Shown piece by piece: positions 51,256 through 63,084 of a DNA stretch of 64,000 nucleotides. The stretch is from Octopus sinensis. Taxonomy: Eukaryota. The number at the start of each line of letters is the position of its first letter. Position 1 is the first letter of the stretch. The notes beneath the pieces were generated by a model. The model saw nothing but the letters and a program-made list of their open reading frames with translations. It ran no database searches and was not told where the DNA came from. A program made the translations under genes and the position numbers. The stretch spans positions 54,510,464-54,574,463 of the forward strand of contig NC_043011.1 in the NCBI RefSeq assembly GCF_006345805.1. Direction: 5' to 3'.

Positions 51256-51532
51256 CATCAGTCATCTTAGAATGACTAGATGGTCTTCATCATTCAGACA
51301 GCTGAACGAGTACAAATGTACAGCAGAGGTGGAATATCATTTCAGTATTTCAGCTGCTGTCTTGGCTGAGTCTTTGTTTTTGCAAAGGTAGCTGATGGTG
51401 CCACAGCTATTCCCCAATCTTCATTAAGAGACTTTTACCTGAAATTTTATGTGGTGCTTGTTTGAATAGCTGCTTTGATGGCAATTTGATATCACTCCTA
51501 TCATTTATAACCCTTTAGCATTCAAATTATTC

Positions 51533-51769
51533 TTATTTCTTTATTGCCCACAAGGGGCTAAACACAGAGGGGACAAACAAGGACAGACAAACAGATTAAG
51601 TCGATTATATCGACCCCAGTGCATAACTGGTACTTATTTAATTGACCCCGAAAGGATGAAAGGCAAAGTCGACCTTGGCGGAATTTGAACTCAGAATGTA
51701 GCGGCAGACAAAATACCGCTAAGCATTTCGTCCGGCGTGCTATCGATTCTGCCAGCTCACCGCCTTAGC
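51533..51769 (-). mobile_element. SINE family 2
   Basis: 16-bp TSD AGCATTCAAATTATTC at 51517-51532 and 51770-51785. Confidence 0.9.
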
Positions 51770-52707
51770 AGCATTCAAATTATTCAGTCAAATGTAATGC
51801 TTTTTCATTCGCATTGTTTTTAATTAACCGAGCAATCTCTCACAGCTTGGAAATTTTGATGATGTGACTATATTTTTATAATGGCATTGTAGGTAGGTGT
51901 GATAAGCTGGATCTGGCTGGTCCTAACATAAAACGCGTAGCCCAAATGCTACAGGATTAAAACAGATTTATTATTTTGCTCTCTATCTTGGATTAGATCC
52001 TGTTGTAAAAAAACACTGGTTTTTACAAAATTCCCCCAACTAATTTTCATCTCTCACTCCCCATACGATCAGGCAATATCTAGCCAACAACCAACTTCTA
52101 TTAAACTCATGCCTTGAGGAGCCACCTGCACACCTCATCTCCATTATTTGTCTTTAACTCTTACTTACCATTCACTCCCTCTCTTCTAAACGTGAGAAGC
52201 CCCTCTACAAGACCCTGCTCTTGTCACCCCCTCACCTCTCTCATACTTTAACCTCTAATTCTCCTCGCTTAAAGCCAACCCTATTGCTCACTCTGGGTTT
52301 CTTAGTTTTATGAGCTGTATAGTGACCTCAACAGTGAAGGTGGAACAGAAAAAGCACCCAGTACATGCTGTAAGGCATCTTGGTCATCTACTGCACACAT
52401 CTCCATCCCCAATTCATCACCGGCCTGACATGGGAAGCAGCCACGAAACACGCCAATGACCGCAAAAAGGGGAAAACAACTGTTGAGGCCCTATGCTCCA
52501 CAAGGGGCAAAAGGGATTAAGAAGAAGAGAAGGACATGCTGTAAAGCAGTTGGCATTGGGTAAAGCATTCAGCAGTAAAGACTTTAGAAGCTGGAGTACG
52601 ATGCAGTCCTCAGACCCATCAGATCCTGTCAAACCATCCAACCAATGCCAGCAAGGAACGTGAATGGTAAATGATGTTGATGTGTTTAATCTAAAAAAGT
52701 CTGTTAT

Positions 52708-52929
52708 ACTCTTTACTCTTTGTATTCTTTTACTTGTTTCAGTCATTTGACTGCGGCCACGCTGGAGCACCGCCTTTAGTCAAGCAAATCGACCCCAGGA
52801 CTTATTCTTTGGAAGCCTAGTACTTACTCTATCGGTACTTTTTGCTGAACTGCTAAGTTACGGGGATGTAAACACACCATCATCGGTTGTCAAGCAATGC
52901 TGGGGAGACAAACACAGACACACAAACAT

Positions 52930-52960
<31 letters not shown>

Positions 52961-53139
52961 CATATACATATATACGACGGGCTTCTTTCAGTTTCTGTCT
53001 ACCAAATCCACTCACAAGGCTTTGGTCGGCCCGAGGCTATAGTAGAAGACACTTGCCCAAGGTGCCACGCAGTGGGACTGAACCCAGTACCATGTGGTTG
53101 GTAAGCAAGCTACTTACCACACAGCCACTCCTGTGCCTA
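52708..53139 (-). mobile_element. SINE family 1, full length
   Basis: Reverse complement of the 459-863 family. Confidence 0.88.
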
Positions 53140-53899
53140 TGTTAAAAAAATGTAAAAAAAGGCCTCTTTCAGTCATGAATGACCATGAGATTGCACCTAG
53201 AAAGTTCCCCTCCGAGGCACAAATCTGGGCAAGGTTGTTTATGGAAGACCAGCAGTCGCCCATGCATACCAGCTTCTCCTCTCCACACCAATGATGTTAT
53301 CCAAGGGAAAGGCAAAGGCTGATACAGCTTGGTACCAGTGATGTTGCAATTCATTTCTACAGCTGAGTGAACTGGAACAATGTGAAATAAAGTGTCTTGC
53401 TCAAGAACACAACCCACAGCCCAGTCCAGGAATAGAACTCACTAACTCATAATTGTTATCTGTTATGTTGGAAGGGAAACAAAATTAGCTTTAACAATAT
53501 AATAACAATATAATTTCAAATATTTGTCTCTGTGTGTGTTATTGTTGCAGTTGTTGTGATTGTTATCACCATCTTTAAAATTATTATTTTTAGATTGTTC
53601 AAAATATTTTTTCTTCTATTCATTAAAAACATTCATTATTTTTCTTCTTTTTGTTCACTGTGTTTTAATTTTTCTTGCTGTCTTTTTCATCCTGTTTGCC
53701 GTTGCAATATTTTGCTTTGTACAATGGGCATATCTGTCAGATATTTTAAATGCGAACAAAGTCTATAAAAACAGACCCTTTGGCGTCCACCCCTAGGTAT
53801 CAGAGCAGGTCAGCCTGGGGGAATCAAAATCCACTTTGGCAAGTGCTTCAAAGACATTTTAGCTGTGTCTTTGAGAGAGAAGAAAAAAAATAAAGACAC

Positions 53900-54630
53900 T
53901 TTCACGCAATGAGAGTCAATGACACTACAACTAACTGTTTCTAACCCTGAAAGAGGTGGGGTTTTGATAATTACATCAACCCCAGTACCTAACTGGTATT
54001 TCATTTTATCGACCCCAAAAGTATGAAGGTTGTAGATCTTGGCATCATCTGAGCTCAGACCATAAAGAGCTAGAACAAATAATACAAAGTCCAATGCTCA
54101 ACTGATCTTGTCAGTCCATCACCCAAATAATAATAATAATGATGATGATAATAATAATGATGATAATAATAATAATAATAATAATAATCTTTTCTGCTGT
54201 AGGCACAAGGCCTGGAATTTTGGATAAAGATGGCTGGTCAATTACATCAGCCCCAGTGCATAACCAGAACTTATTTCATTGACCCCAGAAGGAAGAAAGG
54301 CGAAGTCGACCTCAGCAAAATTTGAACTCAGACTATAAGGATGGACAAAATGTGGTGAAGCATTTTGCCTGGGATGCTAACAATTCTGCCAGCTTTCTGC
54401 TTAATAATAATAATTCTTTCTACTATAGGCATGAGGCCTCAAATTTTGGGGAAGGAGTAAGTCAATTAGATCGACCTCAGTACTCAACTGGTACTTATTT
54501 TATCAACCCCAAAAGGATGAAAAGCAAAGTCGACCTTGGCGGAATTTGAACTCAGAATCTAAGGACAGATGAAATGCTGCAAAGCATTTTGCCCAGCATG
54601 CTAACGATTCTGCCAGCTTGCTGCCCAAAT
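53900..54630 (-). mobile_element. Three tandem SINE family 2 copies in (TAA)n
   Basis: Repeated centre and head separated by TAA tracts. Confidence 0.8.
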
Positions 54631-54779
54631 AATAACGATAATCTCTTGGTTCCAAGATACTAAATAATAATAATGATAATAATAGTCTCAAGGCTCCAAG
54701 ATTCAAGACCATACAAGAAGGAAATCAACCAATTTACAAACAAAAAAAATCAACAAAACAAGAAAATATAAAAATAAAA

Positions 54780-55150
54780 TTTCAATAATAAATGTTCTCT
54801 AATGGTGGGGAAGACCACCTTGGTTTATTTTAAGGGAACCCCTCACAAAATCCTAGGTTACTCTTCTACACCCAAGACATCACATGCTCCTTCCTAGTTT
54901 CATTCCTCTTACACAGACCTACTCAACCTCACCGGTCTTGCTACTTTCCTCCATGTTTAGTCAAACACAATACAAAGCATCACCTATCTTCCACTGTGTA
55001 TGGCACTTGAAGAAGTTGATGAGAACTTGACCAAATAGAAAAATACCCATCTTTAAAATTTTCAGACATGTTTATCACACAACCTCTTTCGTGACAGTGA
55101 CTCTTTCCTAACAAAGAAATGTAAGCAAGTTCATTTTTTACAGTAGACTT
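54780..55150 (-). mobile_element. Second, older Tx1-like 3' fragment
   Basis: ACTTGAAGAAGTTGATGAGA is shared with 11395-11415; minus translation LINFFK. Confidence 0.5.
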
Positions 55151-55349
55151 GGCAGACAACTGAATTCGTCATATATTCAAAAATAGCTTCTTTGGTGCAA
55201 GCCTATATAATCCACAGACACTGAAAAATAGAGCGCAAGGCAGTTTCATACCTTGCATCCATCACAGACAGGTTCAGCTGTTGGCAGTTCCATGCCTGTT
55301 ATTTTGTTATTTTATGAGGTTGACAGTGCACAACGCTTCTTCACTTTAA

Positions 55350-55571
55350 CCCTTTCGTTACTGTATTTATTTTGAGATGCTCTGTGTTTCTTCCAATTAA
55401 TTTTAAATATATCAAAGAATTTAGTAAAATAACTTAGTTATCATTGAGCTAGTGTTAGGAACATAAATTGTGACTAAGATTTAGTGGAAGATTTGAATTC
55501 AAAACTTATGAAAACAAGACATTTGTACTACAGAGCCAGAGTCGGTTTCAGCCGGGTTGGTAACAAAAGGG
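55350..55571. mobile_element. piggyBac-type MITE
   Basis: TTAA-CCCTT...AAGGG-TTAA; opposite orientation to the copies at 56886 and 57575. Confidence 0.88.
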
Positions 55572-56885
55572 TTAAACAAAGTCACTGAACAAGTCATCAG
55601 TCATCTTAGGATGACTAGATGGTTTTCATCACTCAGACAGCTGAACGAGTACAGTAGAAGTGGAATATTATTTAAGTATTTCAGCTGCCGTCTTGGCTGA
55701 GTTTTTGTTTTTGCAAATGTAGCAGATGTAACATTATTCTGCCAAGGATTTTTTGGAATATGTCCAAAGTCCTCAATCTGAAATTCTTCCACAAGAGACT
55801 GTTTGGATTCTTCTTGTCAATGCCAACACAGGATTCCCCCCCACTCCACCCCACCCCAGCCATTGTCACTCACACTTTCCACTAAACCTCAATAGAAATC
55901 AAGAGGTGTTTTCTTGCTGATGGAATACTGTGAGAGTATAGCAACATGTTGCTTGCTGAAGGTGCGACCTTCGTCTATGCTTCACCCATGAGCTGCAATA
56001 GAACATATGGCACGAAAGATGCTCATACCAGTTTGCCCTCATTTTCATTGTCATCATCATCATCATCATCACCACCACAGGAGTTCAGGTATTTCTGTAG
56101 GTGCAACAGCTTTAGTGCATGCCAGTGCATTCTCAGTGACTGTACTTCCAAGATTACAGAGTAGGTGCTGGCACCGACAGATTTTTTTTTTTTTATCAGT
56201 ATAGGCATAGGAGTGGCTGTGTGGTAAGTAGCTTGCTTACGAACTACATGGTTTCAGAGGACAGTGTAAGGATGAAGGATAGATATCAAGTGTAATGGTT
56301 CGAGACAGTGAGAAAGACTAGTGATATTATGGAAAAGCTGCAGTTAGAGTGATTGTGGGTGGTGGGGCTATCTTAGAGAGGAAATTGGGTGAAGGGTCCA
56401 TTTCTGCTTTATTGTTATCATTTAACATTCATGATCCATTTGGAATAGGATTTTTCAGCCCAATCTTTACGTGCTTTTATCTATGACTTTATCTGAGTGC
56501 ACAGAGATATTCAACATCATCACTTAACATCTGTTTTCCATGCTGGCATGGATTAGATGGTTTGATTGCGGCTAATAAGCCAGAGAGCTGTACCAGGCTC
56601 CAGACTGATTTGCCGTTCCTAACACCAACTGCCCCAAGGGAGTTAATGGGTGCCTTTTGCATGTCATCAGCACGAGTGCCTTGTACTTGCATATACACAT
56701 ACATACAGCACTTCCAGAACTTTCTTTTTCTTACTTGTGTGGGTCTTCTTGAGGACTGCACATCGCTAACCCTGCTGGTCCTTTGTTATCCCCTTCATGG
56801 GGTTCAAAGTCCCAAGACCAGCCTTCATCACTTTGTCTCGTGTCTTCCTGGCTCTCCCTCTTCTACAAACTCATTCAACATTTAA

Positions 56886-57106
56886 CCCTTTCTTTACCAA
56901 CCCGGCTGAAACCGGCTCTGGCTCTGTAGTACAAATGTCTTGTTTTCGTAAGTTTTGAATTAAAATCTTCCACCAAACCTTAATCACAATTAATGTTCCT
57001 AACACTAGCTGAATGATAAATAAGTTATTTTACTAAATTCTTTGTTATATTTAAAGTAACTGAAAGAAACTCAGAGCATCTCAACAGAAATACAGTAACA
57101 AAAGGG
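56886..57106. mobile_element. piggyBac-type MITE
   Basis: TTAA TSD and CCCTT TIR. Confidence 0.88.
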
Positions 57107-57574
57107 TTAAGTGATTGACATTTCTTTATACAGCTTCCCACATCAGATATATCCATATCAATATAGTCTTATTTCTTGCACACTACATCTGATTCCTCTT
57201 ATGCCCAGTTTTCCTTGCATCACATCAGTACTACATCATGCTTTCACATTTACATTGCATAGCCAATAGAGCATTCTCACTTCATTCCTTTCCAGTCTTC
57301 TCAACTCCTCTGCATTCAAGGCCCATGTCTCTTTCGAGGTTCATGTGTTATGCAACATTGCACTTCTAACACAACTGTTGTAAAACTAACCTTCACTCTG
57401 AAGAAAAAGTCCTTTGATGCCAACCATGCCAACCATGACAGTAGCTTTTTGATCTTTCTCCAGCCCCTTTTTACCCTTGCTAATATACTTTCAGAGTAAC
57501 CACTTTCCTTGCTAATTACATCTCCTAGGTAACAAAAACTGTCAACTACCCCAATGAGCCACCTGGATATTTAA

Positions 57575-57795
57575 CCCTTTCTTTACCAACCCGGCTGAAA
57601 CCGGCTCTGGCTCAGTGGTACAAATGTCTTGTTTTCATAAGTTTTGAATTAAAATTTCCCACCAAACCTTAGTCACAATTTATGTTCCTAATACTAGCTG
57701 AATGATAACTAAGTTATTTTACGAAATTCTTTGTTATATTTAAAGTAACTGAAAGAAACTCAGAGCATTTCAAAATAAATACAGTAACGAAAGGG
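57575..57795. mobile_element. piggyBac-type MITE
   Basis: TTAA TSD; highly similar to 56886-57106. Confidence 0.88.
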
Positions 57796-57989
57796 TTAAG
57801 AGAATCTATCTCCTGTGTGCTCATGGTACTTGTTGCTCCAGTTCATCTATCATTACAATACTTATGTCCTCTGTTAATCTACCTGTGATTTACAATACTT
57901 TTTGCATCCATAGCATACAATGAATACAGCACATACAGTTTATAACTTCTCCTTTTCTGCATCTTGAACAAGACCATTTCTCTGACGAT

Positions 57990-58370
57990 ACAAGGGCTTA
58001 GTCCTTTTTACTTACTTAAGCCCTTTGCTCGCTAAGAAGCATAGGCCATCAATGAATTTCTTCCACTATTCTTGACCCTGGGTAGCCTTTTCTTTTCCAG
58101 GTCGTGTTGGTTTTGAATTGTCATCAAGGCTTCTATAACTCTGCTTTTTTCTAGGTAGGGATGTTGGTCCTCTGCAAACCTATTTTTACCCCTGGGAAGA
58201 CAAAATCCATATTAGTCTGGCCTTTGTCCTGCAACCTGTCCATCATAGGAACCCTAACAAGAGAGCTTACATATCACTGGCATAGCTCTCAAGGTCATCA
58301 AGACACTACACTACAACAAGGACTAGACCTTGTAGAGGTCCTATCTTCTTTCGTACTAAAACCTTAGACT
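57990..58370 (-). mobile_element. Probable RTE-type LINE 3' fragment (different family)
   Basis: Minus translation WKKFIDGLCFLASKGLK* followed by TAAG-type repeats. Confidence 0.45.
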
Positions 58371-58559
58371 TTGCTATGTTTACTTTGGAGTTTCTTGATT
58401 GTAGTTTCAGTTTCCATGCCTGAAATTTCCCTTCTAGTTCCCCTAAAAATTCAGCCAAGCATACTGAAGATACCATGGACAACCTGTTTGAGACTCCTTT
58501 TGAATGGCCTGTAGGATTATGATAAACAGAAGTGGGACTGAGGCGGAATGGTTTGTGTA

Positions 58560-59030
58560 AACATCTACTGCAAGAAAAAATGAGAAGATTCAGTGGACAT
58601 GCAAAAAGAACATTGAGAACCCGGACGTTAGAGATGGCTATGAGAAACTGTTAAACATGGAGAACACCCAGAATAGAGAGAGTCTAACTCATGTTGACCT
58701 TACAGATGGACAGCAATCTAAGTTGACAGCAGTTTGGTAGATGAAGTGATTAAGGACTTCAATGTCGGGAAAGCTGATGGCCCTTCAGAAATAGTTGCTG
58801 AGATGATTAAGATATTTGGGGAGGTAAGTTACATGATAATCACCCAGATAGTAAATCACGTTACATAAGGTGTCATACCTGACAATTTAGGAGTAGGTGA
58901 TGCTTTATAGGGAGGAAATTGTTGGATAAGGTTTTGAAGATTAGATTACAGGAAGAGTCATAATGCAATTGAGCTGAAGCAGAGTTAACTTAGGTGAAAT
59001 GCAGTCTGGCTTCATGGTACATGGTATAGA
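58560..59030 (+). mobile_element. Decayed internal RTE fragment
   Basis: Collinear similarity to 29330-29770 (TATGAGAAACTGTTAAAC, GGGAAAGCTGATGGCCCTTCAG, GAAATGCAGTCTGGCTTC). Confidence 0.65.
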
Positions 59031-60387
59031 CAACCTGTCTGGCTTCATGGTACATGGTATGGTCTGGCTTCATGATACAAAGGTATAGATGATCTGTGAT
59101 TCAAAACTTTCAGATGATCTCATACCCAACACTGTTAGATTATTTGGTACTTATTGTAGTTAGATAAGATTATCTAGTACTTAATACTTACATATAATCT
59201 GTTACCTAACATATTAGATCAGTTGGTGCCTGATACTGTCAGACGATGATATCTATCAGTGACAAGTAGGTGCACTGAAGTAGCCTTAAGTATGTATATA
59301 TCCAGTTCATACACCCAGTACTTGCAGTGGATTTGAACTAAAGACATACGAGATGGCAGAGTATACATCGGAGAATTTTAAGGACCAACATTTAGTGCCG
59401 AATTCCATGGCATTAAGCGGTTAAAAGATAAATCTCAGGAAAGATTCCCAGATATTTAGAACCAGTCCGTCTCTGTTTGGTGAAGAGGGCTGATGTGGAA
59501 TAAAGAGCTCTACTCTCAAACACATAGAGCAGGTTTGAACTTGCAACTCCTTATCTATTCACTTCAACTTATCAAAAAAAGCCAGTTGCAGGGTCATAGT
59601 ATTAAATCATCTCTAGATAAGACCACTCATTTTCTCTCTCTCTCTCTCTCTCTCTCTCCGCTAACATTCCCATACCTGCACAGGGTTAGCTATCTTACTG
59701 GGCAGAATTGAAACCCTCAACATACCAGTCACAATAGAATCAACTTTGTTTCACCTCTCTGACGTGTTACCATATTTCTTATTTCTTTATTGCCCACAAG
59801 GGGCTAAACACAGAGGGGACAAACAAGGACAGACAAAGCGATTAAGTCGATTACATCGACCCCAGTGTCAGGGACTGGGGTGTCATTTTGGGGGGAAATG
59901 TTGTGATCTCAGTCATTTACACACCATGGAAACTGAGTAACCATGGAAACTGAGTAACCTTGGAAACTGAGTAAGCAGTCCTAGAGTTTGTAGGACTTAA
60001 GACTGTACCTATTTACAGGTGTGATGATGGTTTCTTAGAGCAAAAAAAGGAAAGGTGAAGTTACATTCTTAAGTCATAACAACTCATAGGGGGACTCATT
60101 TACAGCTAAGTGGACTGGACCAACTTCAAATGAAGTGTTTTTCCCATGAACACAATGCACCACCCAGTCTGGGAACTGAAACCACGATCTTGAGGCCAAA
60201 GGTGCAACACCCTAACCACTCAATTACATACCTTTAATACCTCCTGTGTTTTACAAGATTTCCATGGAGGCGCATGGCTTAGTGGTTAGGGTACTGGACT
60301 CATGATTGTAACATTGTGGTTTCAATTCTTGAACCAGGCAACATGCAGTGTTCTTGAGCAAAACACTTCATTTTACAGTTCTGAGAT

Positions 60388-60730
60388 GAGGAATTATGTA
60401 CATTATTTACATTATTTACATTTGACAGATATTTCTCCTCATCTTTGTTGTTAATACAGCGTTTCGGCTGATATACCCTCCAGCCTTCATCAGGTGTCTT
60501 GGGGAAATTTCAAACCTGGGTTCTCATTCCTAAGGTATTTTTCAATGTTATAATAATAATTATTATTATTATTGTTCAGGTCACTGCTTGGAATTGAACT
60601 CAGAATCTTGGGGTTAGTAGCCCGTGCTCTTAACCACTGCGCCATATGCCCACAGGCATATGGCTTAGTGTTAACAACAAACGAGATGAGGACAAATATC
60701 CATCAAATGCAAATAATGTAAATAATGTAC
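60388..60730. mobile_element. Family C: tRNA-like head + (AAT)n + hammerhead + tail, as a divergent inverted pair
   Basis: Minus copy 60650 to 60388 carries A-box TGGCGCAGTGG and B-box GTTCAATTCC. Plus copy 60655-60730 jumps from the A-box to the post-cleavage tail. Confidence 0.7.
60453..60498 (-). ncRNA. Minimal type I hammerhead motif with one core substitution (family C)
   Basis: GACAC-CTGATGA-A GGCTG GAGGGTATAT CAGCC-GAA-ACGC-T-GTATT. The partner copy reads GTGTT, which pairs with GACAC. Confidence 0.6.
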
Positions 60731-60985
60731 TTCATATTACGTTGTTCCATTCCATTCAGCTGGCAAAAAAAAAAGTAATCCTGTGATGGATCGGTGTTCC
60801 GGCCAGGTGGGGAATATACGTGCCATGGAAATTGGGAAACCAGCCCTTATGAGTCTACATGACTTGGGAAGGAACTTCACCCTTTTTTTTTATTACAAGA
60901 TTTCCAATACAATTCACTGAGATTAATTACTCAGGGATGCTATTTGCATGAAAACGGATAATTAAGTTAGTACTAACATATTTAA

Positions 60986-61206
60986 CCCTTTAGCATTTAA
61001 ACTGGCCATATCTGGCCAAAAGTATTCTGCCTGTTTTATGTTCAAACTGGTCAGATCTGGTCTCTCACACCAACCCTACAATATCGTTTTAAAAATTAAC
61101 TGCTACCTCATCAAAATCTCATAGCACCAAGATAATGCCTGATTAGTTCAAGGCAATGTGGATAAAAAAGGATTAATTTTGGCAGAATAATGCAAACACT
61201 AAAGGG
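60986..61206. mobile_element. piggyBac-type MITE (second family)
   Basis: TTAA-CCCTTTAG...CTAAAGGG-TTAA. Confidence 0.85.
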
Positions 61207-61620
61207 TTAAGTTTGTAAACATAAAGAAGTAGTTGTTTAGTCTACATTACTCTGTAAGAAGCATAGGGCTAGTCTCCAGGTGTCTCTGGCGTATACATTC
61301 CTCCTGGATGGGTCACTAGTCCATTGCAAGATTACTCATTTTCGCCAGCTGAGTGGACTGAAAGCATGTGAAATGAAGCAGTTTGCTCAAGAACCATCAC
61401 ACCACCCAGGATTACAGGTCAGTTCATTTTATATCCTGGTGTTGGATAAATAATCTAACAAAGCAGGAAGAAAGAAAGTATTCTCACGACACAATATGAT
61501 TACTGTTACATGAGACTCAATGCTCTCAATGAACAGCTCATAGTGAACTGCTAACCCCTCAATTGCTCACAGTTCTTTATTTCATTGTAATGTGTCAATC
61601 CGCTTTTAGTCACATGGGGA

Positions 61621-61842
61621 TGGTCGGAATCCTTCCACAACAGTTCAACACCAATTCACTGCAGCAAAAGTTCACTGCCATCGATTCACTGTGAAGAGAG
61701 TTCACCATGAGGAAAGTTTCCTGAGAAAATATATCCATAGTAGCTCACCATTAATAGTTAAAAAACTATTTTATTGAAAAAAAAAAGAAAAAAATGGTGA
61801 ACTTTCCCTGCAGTGAATTGATGACAGCGAAATTACTGGACC
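61621..61842. mobile_element. Unclassified MITE-like element
   Basis: Inverted CAATTCACTGCAGCAAAAGTTCAC / GTGAACTTTCCCTGCAGTGAATTG; GGTC...GACC outer ends. Confidence 0.5.
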
Positions 61843-61942
61843 TGACCATCTAGTACAGGAATCGAAACCACAATCGCATGATCATGAGACAGACAGCTTC
61901 ACCACAAAGCCATGCACCTCCACAAGAAATAGTAATTAACCT

Positions 61943-62070
61943 CAATGATTGCCAGATCAGATTGGAGTCTGGTGCAGCCATCTGGTTCACCAGTCCTCAG
62001 TCAAATCGTCCAACCCATGCTAGCATGGAACACAGATGTTAAACGATGATGATGATGATGATGATGACGA
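61943..62070 (+). mobile_element. RTE 3' UTR copy
   Basis: Standard tail and (GAT)n. Confidence 0.85.
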
Positions 62071-62078
62071 CAATGGAC

Positions 62079-62504
62079 GGACAGGTGTCCTCACCTTGAA
62101 TGGATAGGTGTCCTCACCTTGGACACACAGGTGTCCTCACCTTGGACAGACAGGTGTCCTCACTTTGGACAGACAGGCGTCCTCCCCTTAGGCAGATAGG
62201 TGTCCTCATCTTGGACAGGCAGGTGCCCTCACCTTGGAAAGGCGGGTGCCCTCACCTTGGAAAGGCGGGTGCCCTCACCTTGGAAAGGCGGGTGCTCTCA
62301 CCTTGGAAAGGCAGGTGCCCTCACCTTGGAAAGGCAGGTGCCCTCACCTTGAATGGTCAGGAGTCCTCACCAACAGACAGGTGTCCTCACTGACAGATGG
62401 TGTCTTCACCTTGAACAGACAGGTGCCCTCACTTTGAACAGACAGGTGCCCTCACCTTGAACAGACAGATGTCCTCACCTTGAACAGACAGATGTCCTCA
62501 CCTT
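62079..62504. repeat. 23-bp minisatellite (AGACAGGTGTCCTCACCTTGGAC), ~18 units
   Basis: Direct reading; variants are clustered along the array. Confidence 0.9.
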
Positions 62505-62512
62505 GTCTGCTG

Positions 62513-62572
62513 TTATCACAACTTCTGTTCACTCTTGACATGGATGTCAAGAGTGAACAGAAGTTGTGATAA
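62513..62572. repeat. Perfect 29-bp fold-back
   Basis: TTATCACAACTTCTGTTCACTCTTGACAT-GG-ATGTCAAGAGTGAACAGAAGTTGTGATAA. Confidence 0.92.
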
Positions 62573-62656
62573 TAACAAACAAGGTAAGAACACCTTTCCA
62601 TGCATTGTAAATAATGTACATAATTCCTCATCACAAAAACATAGACTAGTATTATT

Positions 62657-63084
62657 TCAATGATTTAGTTTCATTAAAAATATTAATGTTTCACATTTAT
62701 CATGTACAGCATTATACAGCAACTTCATGATTCTCTCATCTTTATTTTGGTATGTAAAGCCCTGCTTTGCTGAGGAGGTCTAATAAGATTGGAACATGTG
62801 TCTAAATTTGTCTTTTGTACTTGCATTGCTCAGTCCAGGAATCAAAACCACAATCTTGTGATCACGAGTCAGACACCCTAACCACTATGCCATGTGCCTC
62901 CACAAGAAATAATTAACCTCAATGATTTAGTTTCATTAAAAATATTCATATTTCACATATATCATGTACAGTATCATACAGCAACTTCAGGATTCGCTCA
63001 TCTTTATTTAGGTATGTAAAGTCCTGTTTTGCTGAGGAGGTCTAATAAGATCGGAACGTGTCTGGATTTGTCCCTTGTACTTGC
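62657..63084 (+). repeat. ~166-bp direct duplication (period 262) with a degenerate hammerhead-like motif in each copy
   Basis: 62657-62823 matches 62919-63084; CTGAGGA-GGTC TAATAA GATY-GGAAC at 62770 and 63032. Confidence 0.7.

Larger units (their letters stand above)
56500..57930 (-). mobile_element. Old decayed RTE copy related to the 28-31 kb element, interrupted by two MITEs
   Basis: Minus translation includes VVDSFCYLGDVIS, ETWALNAEELRRLERNE and RGRARKTRDKVMK, followed by the shared 3' tail. Confidence 0.75.

Noticed and set aside
53560-53796. Hydrophobic 78-aa ORF ending NRPFGVHP
   Set aside because: The hydrophobicity comes from T-rich low-complexity DNA, and there is no recognisable family.
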